Shown one piece after another: positions 38,243-47,983 of a stretch of DNA of 64,000 bases; position 1 is the stretch's first letter, and each line of letters begins with the position of its first letter. The position numbers and the translations under genes are program-made. The notes under the pieces are model-generated. The model was not told where the DNA came from, did no database searches, and saw nothing but the letters and a program-made list of their open reading frames with translations. The DNA is taken from positions 124,001-188,000 of IMG/VR virus record IMGVR_UViG_3300026518_000006; one strand, given 5' to 3'.

Positions 38243-39349
38243 TTAAAAGACCTTTTCTGTTACGATACGGAATACCCAACGGTCAGGCACATTTCTTGCC
38301 CACTCGTAATAGAACTCTTCAGTATCGGGGTCTTCTTTCCAAGTTTTGTAGATACTCTGCATAATCTCCATATTGAGAGAGGCAAGGTATGTTGTCAGAA
38401 CATCATATGTTACTTTTGGGTTTTCACCACTTTCGATTTCCGCTTTGATTTTTTGTGCAAGTTCAGAAGCCGAAATTTGCTCCATTTCTTTGGTCATTTT
38501 TCCGATTTTTTCAGCCACTTTTTCTTGTTGTTCACGAGTCTCGATTTTAGCTTTTCCGATAGCTTTGAGGACATCTTCAACTTTCATAACTTTTGCATAG
38601 TCCACATAGAATTGGAAAAATGAAGCCCCAACAGTTTGACCAATTTTTGACTCAATCACTGAGAGTTGCATATTCTCAGGAATAAGGTTAAAGTTCTTCA
38701 TAATATCAGAAAGTTTAGCCCAAGCACGAGGCGTAGCCCCTTTATCTTCAGATTGGTCTTCCGCCATCCAATGGAGTTTGTCAGGGAAATCAGCCAAGAA
38801 GTCGGTGATTACACTTTCAATATTGTTTGCTCGTGCCCACTTCAGCCAACCTTTTACATCTGTCTCGACTTTATAGGTCATAAAACGGTCAAGTAGAGCG
38901 GGGTCAAGCTCATCAGTCTGATATTCGTCAGATGGGTTATCTGCACCAATTACAAGTGTTTCAAGTCCCATTGTATCGACAGGCAGGTGGTGTTCGTGAA
39001 TACGGTGGTCAAGTACCAACTGAAGTGCTGATTGCCGAACTTCAAGCGGTGCTCTTGCAAGCTCATCAAGGAACAGACAACATTGTTTGCCCTGTGCTGA
39101 AGCGTCTTCCATTCTCTTCAACCAAACAGGTTTTGACCAATAAGTTACGCCATCTTTTTCGACTGGCATACCGATAAGGTCTGCTACCTCATTCTGTGAA
39201 AGCATCAAAATTTCAAGGTGGATATCGTTCTCTTTGCAGTACTGTTCGACAACTTTTGATTTACCAATACCGTGAAGTCCAACCATATGTACGGAGTCAC
39301 CTGAAGCCTGTGCCAATTTGAAGATTTTTGTCATATTTGAAATTTTCAT
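38243..39349 (-). CDS. MoxR/dynein-related AAA+ ATPase
   Basis: GLHGIGKS Walker A, LFLDELARA Walker B, DPALLDRF sensor/Arg finger. Confidence 0.88.
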   Translation of the reverse strand: MKISNMTKIFKLAQASGDSVHMVGLHGIGKSKVVEQYCKENDIHLEILMLSQNEVADLIGMPVEKDGVTYWSKPVWLKRMEDASAQGKQCCLFLDELARAPLEVRQSALQLVLDHRIHEHHLPVDTMGLETLVIGADNPSDEYQTDELDPALLDRFMTYKVETDVKGWLKWARANNIESVITDFLADFPDKLHWMAEDQSEDKGATPRAWAKLSDIMKNFNLIPENMQLSVIESKIGQTVGASFFQFYVDYAKVMKVEDVLKAIGKAKIETREQQEKVAEKIGKMTKEMEQISASELAQKIKAEIESGENPKVTYDVLTTYLASLNMEIMQSIYKTWKEDPDTEEFYYEWARNVPDRWVFRIVTEKVF

Positions 39350-39591
39350 CTCAATCCTTTTCTTTTGTGTTTTGGTATTAGCAGTATAACAGTTTAAACC
39401 TTAAATCTACTTAAAGCTCGTCTAAATATTATTCAAAAGAACTAAGCAGAAGGTCAAAACCTCTCTTGCTATGTGCTATTATAATAAGAATAATCTTTTA
39501 AAGAGCTTAAATTTTAAGTAAATTTCAAAATTTTCTAAAATATTTCGAAATATTCGATAAAACCGATACCAAAAGGAGTTCCTACCTTTAA

Positions 39592-39608
39592 TATAAATAC
39601 TATAAATA
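39592..39608 (+). promoter_or_regulatory. Tandem late promoters TATAAATA
   Basis: Copies at 39592-39599 and 39601-39608. Further copies at 42397, 45377, 47951, 54644 and 62813. Confidence 0.8.
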
Positions 39609-39638
39609 AATAAACCTAAATACTCAAAGGAAAATTAG

Positions 39639-40844
39639 ATGAGTGAAAAAATACTTTTTGAAAATCTTTTAACACAAGTACCTGTATCAGAAACACCCCT
39701 AACTGAAGCAGAACCAAATCACGGCTCAAGCACACAAGATACAGGATATAATATCGATGGTAATACTGATGGCAAAAAATTGGGATTTGCTCGAAGTGTA
39801 GTTTCTAAAACATTACCTGCTCTCCTTTCTTATATCCAACCTATTGAATACCCATCAGGATATATTTTCGGTTTGAGAGCAAGAGGCGGAGTTGATAGCC
39901 CTATTGTTATGAACCCTGATAATATTGAATATCAAGGGACAGCATTACAAACAACTGTTTCTGTAGATGACCCATATGGAGCTAATACAAGCGGTATTAT
40001 GGAACACGGTATAGGTCACAACACAAGACAAGAAATAACAGTAGCCCGTAAATCTATTAACACAGGTATTCGTGAGGTTGTAATCAACACCACTAATGAA
40101 GTAGAGCAGGATATTAAGGCTCTTTTTGGAAGTGATTATACTAAAGCATATGAAGAAATTGAAATAGCAGGCTCAGGTGAAAAGAAATCAGTGGCTAAAT
40201 TTTTCAATGAATTTGCATTTTCTGAAATGGTTAAAAAGACAAATGCAGAGTTTACAAACTTCTTAGAAACTTATGCAAGAAATTTAGGTACTGCTACTTT
40301 AAGTGGAGATGAATCCGAAAAACTTTTGGGTATTATAGGTGAACTTCAAGCGGGTCTTATGAAAGGCAGAAAGAAATTTGGCGGTAGAGTGTGGATGATT
40401 GCCACTCCTATTATTGCGGGTATTCTTTCAGGGTTAAAAGGGGCGTATGACAACACACAAAGTGAATTCAGTGTTGTTAAAAAACCAAATTCGTATGATA
40501 ATACTTATGTGACTACTTTAGGAAACATAGATGTTTATGTATCCCCTTATTTCTCCACTGTTTCGGCAGGAGAAGAAAAAATTATTATGGGCATAGTGGG
40601 CGGACCTAACTCGTCTTCTATCTATTACACCCCTTATAAAGAATATGTTGTGGTTGGTGGTTCAGATATCAATACAGGTCACAACAATTTCTTTTATCGT
40701 GTTAGAGATGATTGGCAGACAAATCCATTAGATACATATGGTGATACACAACCTATACCACCATCAACAGAGGTTCAGCCTGTGCCAAATCAGTCTGATT
40801 TTTTAGTATCTGCAACAATAACATACAATAAACTGCTGTCGTAA
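39639..40844 (+). CDS. gp23/gp24-family capsid protein paralog
   Basis: LTE|AE cleavage-like site and IQPIEYPSGYIFGLRAR, which aligns with gp23 VQPMxxPTGxIFALR. Confidence 0.75.
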   Translation: MSEKILFENLLTQVPVSETPLTEAEPNHGSSTQDTGYNIDGNTDGKKLGFARSVVSKTLPALLSYIQPIEYPSGYIFGLRARGGVDSPIVMNPDNIEYQGTALQTTVSVDDPYGANTSGIMEHGIGHNTRQEITVARKSINTGIREVVINTTNEVEQDIKALFGSDYTKAYEEIEIAGSGEKKSVAKFFNEFAFSEMVKKTNAEFTNFLETYARNLGTATLSGDESEKLLGIIGELQAGLMKGRKKFGGRVWMIATPIIAGILSGLKGAYDNTQSEFSVVKKPNSYDNTYVTTLGNIDVYVSPYFSTVSAGEEKIIMGIVGGPNSSSIYYTPYKEYVVVGGSDINTGHNNFFYRVRDDWQTNPLDTYGDTQPIPPSTEVQPVPNQSDFLVSATITYNKLLS

Positions 40845-40853
40845 GGGGTCGCT

Positions 40854-41813
40854 ATGGACTCTTTGGTTTTAGCACAGATAAAAGAAAATTCAAACATAAA
40901 TGAAAACAGTAATAGTGGCGATATAGCCACTATTCAAGGTTTTATTGGTAAGCTGATAGATGAAAAATACAACACCTCATTAATGTATCAGGTTGCTGAA
41001 GTGTTGCCGATACAAAGTAGCTTTGGTAGTGTATATGCCTCAAAACGAAATTATGGAACAAGTAGTTTTGAAATAGTTAGAAAAGATATACACACAAAAA
41101 CTTACACTATTGACACAGGGTACACACAAGAAGTTTGGCAGGATATACAAAAACTTTTTGGAAAAAGAGCTATTCAACAATCTTCAAATATTTTAGGTGG
41201 ATTGAGTGCCGAAGAAGAAAATTACACACTTATAAACTTTTTATTTAATGAAAGTTTAAACAAGCCCGACTTAGAAGTAAATGTAAATAATAGTGCTTGG
41301 GTTACTTCACAAATATCAATGAGAGTTGCTGAGAGTGTTATCGAAATGAATAGATTCGGGTTTAAGTCTTTAGATAGTTTTTGTATTCTATCACCTAAAT
41401 GGGCTTCAGCTTTTTTAGGAACCGCCTCTTATGTCAAAAGTGACAAAGAAAGTGCAGGAGGTAATAGCACATTATTTGTCGGTAGATATGGAAGAACCGA
41501 CTTCTATGTAAATCCTTTCAGAAACGAAAGTAAAATGTTCAACAGTGATTTCAATGATGATTATGCAAACCCAAATGGTGATAGTGGTAATAGAGATGAC
41601 TATTGTTATGTGGGTCTTAAAAGTAGTGTAAGTGGCGAGAGTTCTGTGGTATTTTCACCTTATTTGTATGAAGGTAATATGGTGCCTGACCCTGAAACTG
41701 GAGCAAATAAATTGTTTATATATAATCGATATGGGTTGACTACAAATCCCCTGCATACACCCATAGAAGGGAAGAGTATGCTTCATAAATTTTTAATTAA
41801 GGAAGCACCGTAA
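40854..41813 (+). CDS. Second gp23/gp24-family capsid (vertex-like) paralog
   Basis: VAEVLPIQSSFGSVYA, YTQEVWQDIQKLFG, and terminal RYGL..NP. Confidence 0.7.
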   Translation: MDSLVLAQIKENSNINENSNSGDIATIQGFIGKLIDEKYNTSLMYQVAEVLPIQSSFGSVYASKRNYGTSSFEIVRKDIHTKTYTIDTGYTQEVWQDIQKLFGKRAIQQSSNILGGLSAEEENYTLINFLFNESLNKPDLEVNVNNSAWVTSQISMRVAESVIEMNRFGFKSLDSFCILSPKWASAFLGTASYVKSDKESAGGNSTLFVGRYGRTDFYVNPFRNESKMFNSDFNDDYANPNGDSGNRDDYCYVGLKSSVSGESSVVFSPYLYEGNMVPDPETGANKLFIYNRYGLTTNPLHTPIEGKSMLHKFLIKEAP

Positions 41814-42283
41814 TGTCAAGTAATAATAACCTGAAAGACCAAGTATTAGCTTTATTTCCTGATAATAATAATTTCGAAATAACTGCTCAAGATATGCGGT
41901 TATATATTGAAGCAATATTTGGTGATAAAGAAGTTGTGATAATTAAAATAAAACAAATGTCGGATTTAGCCTTTAATAATTCAAGAATATATGAAGGTTC
42001 AATGGTGGTAATATATAATGATGCTAATCCTGATAGGGTGGGTATATATCTGAGTAAAGTAAATCAGCCCACTGTAGAAACTGACCTTATTCAAGTAACA
42101 AGAATAGGACAGGGGACATCATTTAGAGGTCATTGGGATGCTTCTACAAATATACCCACTCTATCAGATGGAATAGGAGTGAACGGGGATTATTACATTG
42201 TTTCTGTGGCAGGTACTCAAGATTTAGGTTCAGGTGCTATTGACTTTCAACTTGGAGTAGTGATGTTTGGACATCAGCTATAA
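41813..42283 (+). CDS. Truncated fibre-like protein with shared LFPDN..EITA N-terminal motif
   Basis: FRGHWDASTNIP.L..G.G.NGDYYIV fibre motif, ending abruptly. Confidence 0.6.
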   Translation: MSSNNNLKDQVLALFPDNNNFEITAQDMRLYIEAIFGDKEVVIIKIKQMSDLAFNNSRIYEGSMVVIYNDANPDRVGIYLSKVNQPTVETDLIQVTRIGQGTSFRGHWDASTNIPTLSDGIGVNGDYYIVSVAGTQDLGSGAIDFQLGVVMFGHQL

Positions 42284-42366
42284 CGGTTATGCAAGACATC
42301 AAAAATGGGTTAGAGCCATTCCCCACTCACGAAGAGCTGATACAAAAAATACCCCCTGCCCTTTAG
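42253..42366 (+). pseudogene. 3' remnant of a tail-fibre-chaperone-like gene
   Basis: Alternative frame WSSDVWTSAITVMQDIKNGLEPFPTHEELIQKIPPAL with no start codon. Confidence 0.5.
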
Positions 42367-42430
42367 GTGATATCCCAACCTAAAAACTCACGCCCTTATA
42401 AATAAGATAATTAAACTTATAAGGGTTTCT

Positions 42431-42964
42431 ATGACTAATAATAACAATAAACAACGACTACTTAATCTGTTTGCTGATAATATCAATGGAGAGATTACAG
42501 CGGGAACTTTGAGAGATTTTATCGAAACCATCTTTGATGACAAAGAAGAAAATATCATATTGTTCGACAGCTTAGAAGCTTTTGAGTATGCCCCTGCTGA
42601 ACAAAGAGAAAAAATTTATGAAGGCTCTTTTGTAGCTATAACAAACTCTTCAGACGAAGAAAATGGTTTATATCTTTCTCTTATGAATCAACCTCAACAA
42701 AGAGAATTCTTAAAGCAAATTTCAAGTAATTCAAAATTATCAAAAGCTACCGTTAATTATGTAGAGTACACAGCTCAAGACGGTCAGTATCTTTTCAATG
42801 TTGAATATTCAGACAATCTTGTTGAAGTATATGTAGATGGCAATAAGCGTCCTGCCTCAAGAGTTCAATTAAATAGTACTCCTACAAATAATGGGACAAG
42901 TGTAATTCTTTTAGACCCTGCTTTTGCGGGTCAATTAGTAGAGATAAGAGCTACTGTATTATAA
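42431..42964 (+). CDS. Virion protein with shared LFxDN..EITA N-terminal motif
   Basis: Late promoter, and C-terminal TAQDGQ.LF...Y....VEVYVDG repeat. Confidence 0.65.
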   Translation: MTNNNNKQRLLNLFADNINGEITAGTLRDFIETIFDDKEENIILFDSLEAFEYAPAEQREKIYEGSFVAITNSSDEENGLYLSLMNQPQQREFLKQISSNSKLSKATVNYVEYTAQDGQYLFNVEYSDNLVEVYVDGNKRPASRVQLNSTPTNNGTSVILLDPAFAGQLVEIRATVL

Positions 42965-42973
42965 GGATTACTT

Positions 42974-43552
42974 ATGCAAATTGTAAAGAGCAACGGTATA
43001 GGTGTAGACTATGAAAAAAGCATAGAACAAGGCGCAATTTTTATTAGTGGCGGTACTTTTTCGGGTATGAGTTTTGTAGGAAATTTTGAGCCTGTTATTA
43101 CTGATATTGATTGTGTTTCAGAGGGAGAACATTACATACAAGTCTATGTGAATCCGAAAACAGGTCAGGTTTTTTTAGAGGACAAGCCTGTATCTGAAAG
43201 CTATATTCCTCAAACATTGCACATTGGTGGGTTGTCTGTGATTTGTGATGGATGTGGTAATTACAAAATCAAAGAAGAAATACTACCTGAAAATCCCTGC
43301 ATAGTATATGCAAGACCATTCTCAAGTGCTTTTGATATCAGCTTTAATAAAAAACAAGCACAATATGACATCTGCTCAATTATGGTCGGTGAAAAGGAAT
43401 TCAGTAAAGACTATAATTGTGACTATGCTATCCAAGGTACAGATACTATTTGTCCTGAAGAGTTTGCGTTATTTAATGGCAATACTTCGCTAATTAATGG
43501 TAATACAGAATTAGATGATGGAAATAGACCAAACCCAAACCAAAACCCATAA
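42974..43552 (+). CDS. Cys-rich hypothetical protein in the structural module
   Basis: ORF with RBS. Confidence 0.55.
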   Translation: MQIVKSNGIGVDYEKSIEQGAIFISGGTFSGMSFVGNFEPVITDIDCVSEGEHYIQVYVNPKTGQVFLEDKPVSESYIPQTLHIGGLSVICDGCGNYKIKEEILPENPCIVYARPFSSAFDISFNKKQAQYDICSIMVGEKEFSKDYNCDYAIQGTDTICPEEFALFNGNTSLINGNTELDDGNRPNPNQNP

Positions 43553-43563
43553 AGGAAATAAAA

Positions 43564-45375
43564 ATGGCTATGACAGGAATTATCCAAAGATATGGAACCA
43601 AACAAGAGTTAACTGATGCAAATCACGGAAATGACAGACCAAGACAGGGAGAACTTGTATTTGCAACCGATACAGGTGAATTTGGATATTTAGACGAGTA
43701 TTCAAATCTTACTTGGATTAACTTTAAAGAGTATTTTAAAAAAGATGATTTTGTTAGTGTAGGTGGTGATGCTTCAGACGCAGGAAAACCAGTAAAGCTT
43801 AATAGCAGTGGTTACATTGATGAGAGTATGGTGAAAAAACACGCATACCAATTAATAGACGAGTTTACACCAGTTGTAGGAATGGGAACTGAATACCCCG
43901 ATACAACAGGTCAAGAAGTGGGCTCTTTTTGGGTTATCAAGGGTGTAGATTCTATTGATGGATTTAGATTTAGTTATGGTGATTTAAATGGAGAAACGGT
44001 TTACAACGGAGATAATATTATTATCGCAGAACAAGGGTGGCTGATTGTAAGAGGAGCAGTAAACCCTGAAGCATATTATAAACTCGATGGTAGTAAAGCG
44101 ATTATTGCGGATTTTAATGCAGGTGGCTTTAAAGTGTCAAATATGGCTGATGGAGTTGCTTTAGATGATGGGGTTACAGTCGCTCAATGGAATACGAAGT
44201 TCGATGGTCTTTCTTCAAGTGGTATGATGAAAATAGAGGAGGGTGCTGATTTTGTAGTCAGTGGCTCAAACGATAACTTGTTTGGGTATGGGATAGTATC
44301 TGCAACAGACCCTTTATTTCCAAACGGAGTGGTTATTAATATCGGTACAAGTACATCTGCTATTGATATACACAGTACACTATTTAAACCACTTAAACTC
44401 AAAAATGATACTGCTATTCAGGCTTGGGACAATACTTACAATAGTGTAAAGAATTTGGTGAGTAGAACTCCGCAAGACCCCAATATATCAGGCGATTATA
44501 ATAATGATATTCATATAGGTGATTCAGATGTCTTAACAGCCATTAGAGCTACTTCAGGTTTTGACCCTGTTGTAAGAAAAGGTGTATATGGTGATACAAT
44601 TGACTATAAACTTTATACTACTGAGCATTTTGATATAGCAGACTATTATACAAAATCTGAAATTAACACCAATAACTATACAAAACTTGAGACAGATAAT
44701 AAATTTGCAGCGAAGGTTGCGCTTACAGCAGGATTGAATACAAAATTGGATTTACCACAAGGAACGCAACAACCTCTATATGCCGTTACATCTAATTCAG
44801 CCAATAATGGTATTGTGTGGACATTGATAGATAAAACTTTTGTTGGGCTTGGTAATGTAGAAAACCTATCTCCTGCCGATATGCCGATTTCAACACAACA
44901 AAAATCATATGTTGATGGTCACGCATTAGATATAAATAACCCTCACGGTGTAACAAAAGCCCAAATTGGTTTAGACCAAGTTGATAACACATCTGATATC
45001 AATAAACCTATTTCTACAGCTACACAAACAGCTTTAGATGGCAAAGAGGATAGTCTTGGAAATCCATCTGTTGATGGCGCATACCTAACCTCTTTGAGTG
45101 ACGGCAATAGAGTTTGGCAAGAAGTAACAAAAGCACATTTTGGTGGCGATGGGACTAACAATACATTCACAATCACAGGAGTTAATTTAGAGGGTATTGA
45201 AATAAATGTATATCTAAATGGAGTTATGAAAGTGTCACCTCAAGCCGAAAGTGCAGTATCTTCGCTTACAGCTGAGTATACAGCATCTAATAATGGGGCT
45301 GATACCAATATTACAATTTCAGCAGTTCCTTCCAATGGTGATTGGATTATGGTCGAATATAAAGCAAATGCTTAA
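43564..45375 (+). CDS. Fibre-like virion protein
   Basis: N-terminal P..GELVFATDT motif, fibre repeats (LGNVENLS, NPHGVTKAQIGLDQVDNTSD). Confidence 0.75.
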   Translation: MAMTGIIQRYGTKQELTDANHGNDRPRQGELVFATDTGEFGYLDEYSNLTWINFKEYFKKDDFVSVGGDASDAGKPVKLNSSGYIDESMVKKHAYQLIDEFTPVVGMGTEYPDTTGQEVGSFWVIKGVDSIDGFRFSYGDLNGETVYNGDNIIIAEQGWLIVRGAVNPEAYYKLDGSKAIIADFNAGGFKVSNMADGVALDDGVTVAQWNTKFDGLSSSGMMKIEEGADFVVSGSNDNLFGYGIVSATDPLFPNGVVINIGTSTSAIDIHSTLFKPLKLKNDTAIQAWDNTYNSVKNLVSRTPQDPNISGDYNNDIHIGDSDVLTAIRATSGFDPVVRKGVYGDTIDYKLYTTEHFDIADYYTKSEINTNNYTKLETDNKFAAKVALTAGLNTKLDLPQGTQQPLYAVTSNSANNGIVWTLIDKTFVGLGNVENLSPADMPISTQQKSYVDGHALDINNPHGVTKAQIGLDQVDNTSDINKPISTATQTALDGKEDSLGNPSVDGAYLTSLSDGNRVWQEVTKAHFGGDGTNNTFTITGVNLEGIEINVYLNGVMKVSPQAESAVSSLTAEYTASNNGADTNITISAVPSNGDWIMVEYKANA

Positions 45376-45404
45376 TTATAAATAATAAATAAAAGGAAAT
45401 AAAT

Positions 45405-45932
45405 ATGGCTCAAACAGGAATTTTACAACGAAGAGATATAAAGGCTAATTTAATAGCTAATCCTCCCATTGATGGGGAGATAGTATACGCAACCGATACA
45501 GATGAGCACGGTTTTGTAAATAACGGAACTTTGTATTGGAAAAAATTCGATATGCTTCAACCTATTGTAACTGTGGATGCTCCACCTACGGGTCTTGAAA
45601 ATGACCCTATAGGAACTGTTTATCTTGTTGTGTCCAACATAAGAAGCATACAAATTACTCCAAGAAATCCTGAAATGAATACAGATAAAGGAGTTGCTGA
45701 GCCTATACAATTTACAGCCACGGCTACTTATGGTGATGGAAGTAATAGTGATGTCACTACTGATGTCTCTTGGACTTCAAGTGATACAAACATTGTAACT
45801 ATTAATCAAACAGGGTTGGCTGAGTTTGTTTATGGAGATAGATATGGTGGTGTCGTTACAATAACTGCAAGTATCAATGGTATTGTAGATTCAGTAGATA
45901 TTAACATATGGTATAATAGAATAATATTATAA
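45405..45932 (+). CDS. Virion protein with P..GEIVYATDT N-terminus and Big_2 Ig domain
   Basis: N-terminus shared with 43564; QFTATATYGDGS..DVT..VSWTSSD. Confidence 0.75.
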   Translation: MAQTGILQRRDIKANLIANPPIDGEIVYATDTDEHGFVNNGTLYWKKFDMLQPIVTVDAPPTGLENDPIGTVYLVVSNIRSIQITPRNPEMNTDKGVAEPIQFTATATYGDGSNSDVTTDVSWTSSDTNIVTINQTGLAEFVYGDRYGGVVTITASINGIVDSVDINIWYNRIIL

Positions 45933-45950
45933 AGAACAAAAGGAATCAAT

Positions 45951-46145
45951 ATGCCAAAAATACCAAATAGTTATATAAAATCAGAAGACGGTAGCATTAA
46001 AAGAGTTATTGAAATATATCAAAAAGATAGTGATTCAACAGTTGTAAAAATGATGGACGGGTTTACGAAGATTTCGGAAAGAGAAGTGAAATCGTTTTGT
46101 ATTGAAACTAAGCCTAAATTTTATTTAGAATTAACAATAAATTAA
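45951..46145 (+). CDS. Hypothetical protein
   Basis: 64-aa ORF, in frame with the next two. Confidence 0.45.
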   Translation: MPKIPNSYIKSEDGSIKRVIEIYQKDSDSTVVKMMDGFTKISEREVKSFCIETKPKFYLELTIN

Positions 46146-46148
46146 GGA

Positions 46149-46424
46149 TTGAATATGAACAATAACACTTCTTACCAGTTACCATCTACTGGTGAAATAG
46201 GAATACATTTTTTTGTTGTATACCCTGACGGTAGTACCGATTATATTACAAACTCTCAAGATTTAGTAAATTTGAGTATCGACAAAGGAGATGGTGTTTT
46301 TATTGAATATAGAGATGTGTCCTATGTTAATTTTACTCCTGTTGGACAAAAAGTAATTATAAAAAGCAATTCTGATATTCAAAATTTTAAACTAATTGAA
46401 CCATTTGATAAAAAAGGACAGTGA
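46149..46424 (+). CDS. Hypothetical protein (likely ATG at 46155)
   Basis: RBS TAAGGA; in frame with its neighbours. Confidence 0.45.
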   Translation: MNMNNNTSYQLPSTGEIGIHFFVVYPDGSTDYITNSQDLVNLSIDKGDGVFIEYRDVSYVNFTPVGQKVIIKSNSDIQNFKLIEPFDKKGQ

Positions 46425-47489
46425 ATGATTATAGAAGCAAAACTATTAAATGGTTCGACTCTGCAATCTTTAGAGAGCAGTTTTGAGCGATTATCAGATA
46501 TAAATAGTATTGTTATCACCAATACTCCGAATGTAAAATTTTTATCACATTGCTTTTATTTCGATACAAATTTATCAGATATATTTATTGATTATAAGAG
46601 TATTCCAAAAATATCAGGTAATGGACTTGACGGTACTTTTTTTAATACACGGTCTTTATATGAGGGGTTTTTTGATGATTTTATATCCAATAGAGACACA
46701 AGTGAGCTGAATAGTTTAAAAGAAACCTTTAAATATTCAAATCTTATCATATCTCCTTTTGATACTTCCAATGTTGAAGACATACAGAGTTGTTTTTATG
46801 GTGCAAGAGAGATAAAAGGAGGGTGGAATTTTGATAATGTAATAGACGCTTCCTACGCCTTTTCTAATTGCAATAGCTCTACTTTTCCTGTTATAAATTT
46901 TCCAAATTGTACCAATTTCTATTCCACTTGGGCTTATTCGCAATTCACAAGTTTCCCTACTATTGATGTGTCTAACGGTGTGGATTTTGGAAGAGCTTGG
47001 GGCGATTCAACATTAAATAGTTTCCCATCTGATACCAACGGTGTATGTACTCTTGATTTTGGCAATGCTACAAATATGGATAATTGTTTTATAAGAGTAG
47101 GTGTAGCTAATATGCCAAAATTAAACATTAACACCAACAAATATTGTAGTATAGATAATATATTTTATTCATCAAATATGATAACTTTTGGTGGGTTTAA
47201 TAGTGATGCTAAAATAGTTGGTTATAAAGGTGTATTCGTATATTCAGAGTTATTAGAGTGTATAGACGGGGATTTGCCAAGATGCTCAACAGGTGTATAT
47301 TGGCAAGCGTTTGACGGTTGTGAAAGACTAAGAAGTATTAGAAGTATAGACACAACAGGGTTAACTAGTTCAGATTATATGTTTAATGGTTGTACTTCAC
47401 TAGTAGCACCAAACACTACAGAGCAACAGCAATTGACGGTAGCAGGCGGTGCAGTTTATTTTTCAGGAATTGATTGTTCTGCAAAATAA
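46425..47489 (+). CDS. BspA/DUF285-like leucine-rich repeat surface protein
   Basis: Repeats FDTSNVEDIQSCF, IDVSNGVDFGRAW, IDTTGLTSSDYMFNGC. Confidence 0.7.
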   Translation: MIIEAKLLNGSTLQSLESSFERLSDINSIVITNTPNVKFLSHCFYFDTNLSDIFIDYKSIPKISGNGLDGTFFNTRSLYEGFFDDFISNRDTSELNSLKETFKYSNLIISPFDTSNVEDIQSCFYGAREIKGGWNFDNVIDASYAFSNCNSSTFPVINFPNCTNFYSTWAYSQFTSFPTIDVSNGVDFGRAWGDSTLNSFPSDTNGVCTLDFGNATNMDNCFIRVGVANMPKLNINTNKYCSIDNIFYSSNMITFGGFNSDAKIVGYKGVFVYSELLECIDGDLPRCSTGVYWQAFDGCERLRSIRSIDTTGLTSSDYMFNGCTSLVAPNTTEQQQLTVAGGAVYFSGIDCSAK

Positions 47490-47506
47490 GTTAAATAAGG
47501 ATAGAA

Positions 47507-47920
47507 ATGATAACCTTTGAAGAAATTACTAAAGAAGAATATGTCGAGATGTCAAAAAAAAGAGGGGTAAAGCCAAATATACACCCAAAAGCTACTTATC
47601 AAAAAGTGATTCGTGATGGCGATTTTGTAGCAATAAGAGCGTCTATTATTTTATCTCACATTGAAACCTCAAGACAATTCATAATTAACCCTGAATATAA
47701 AGGAAATGGAGGGTATATAATGAAACAAACCATAAAGACCATTCTTGATTCAGGAAAAACCTATCAATCTTTTTGGAATAGTAAAGTATTGACAATACTT
47801 AACGGATTTTTCAAGAATATGACAATTACTAAAATAAATAGTAAACTTAATTATATCGTTATATTTGATGGTGAATTAAACCCAAAAGAAACAATAAAGT
47901 ATAATAGAAATATTGCATAG
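47507..47920 (+). CDS. Hypothetical protein, possibly GNAT-like
   Basis: INPEYKGNGG resembles the acetyl-CoA-binding motif A. Confidence 0.4.
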   Translation: MITFEEITKEEYVEMSKKRGVKPNIHPKATYQKVIRDGDFVAIRASIILSHIETSRQFIINPEYKGNGGYIMKQTIKTILDSGKTYQSFWNSKVLTILNGFFKNMTITKINSKLNYIVIFDGELNPKETIKYNRNIA

Positions 47921-47983
47921 CAGTTTCATTATGCCCCTTATGGTTAAATTTATAAATAAGATAAATACCATAAGGATTATTGA

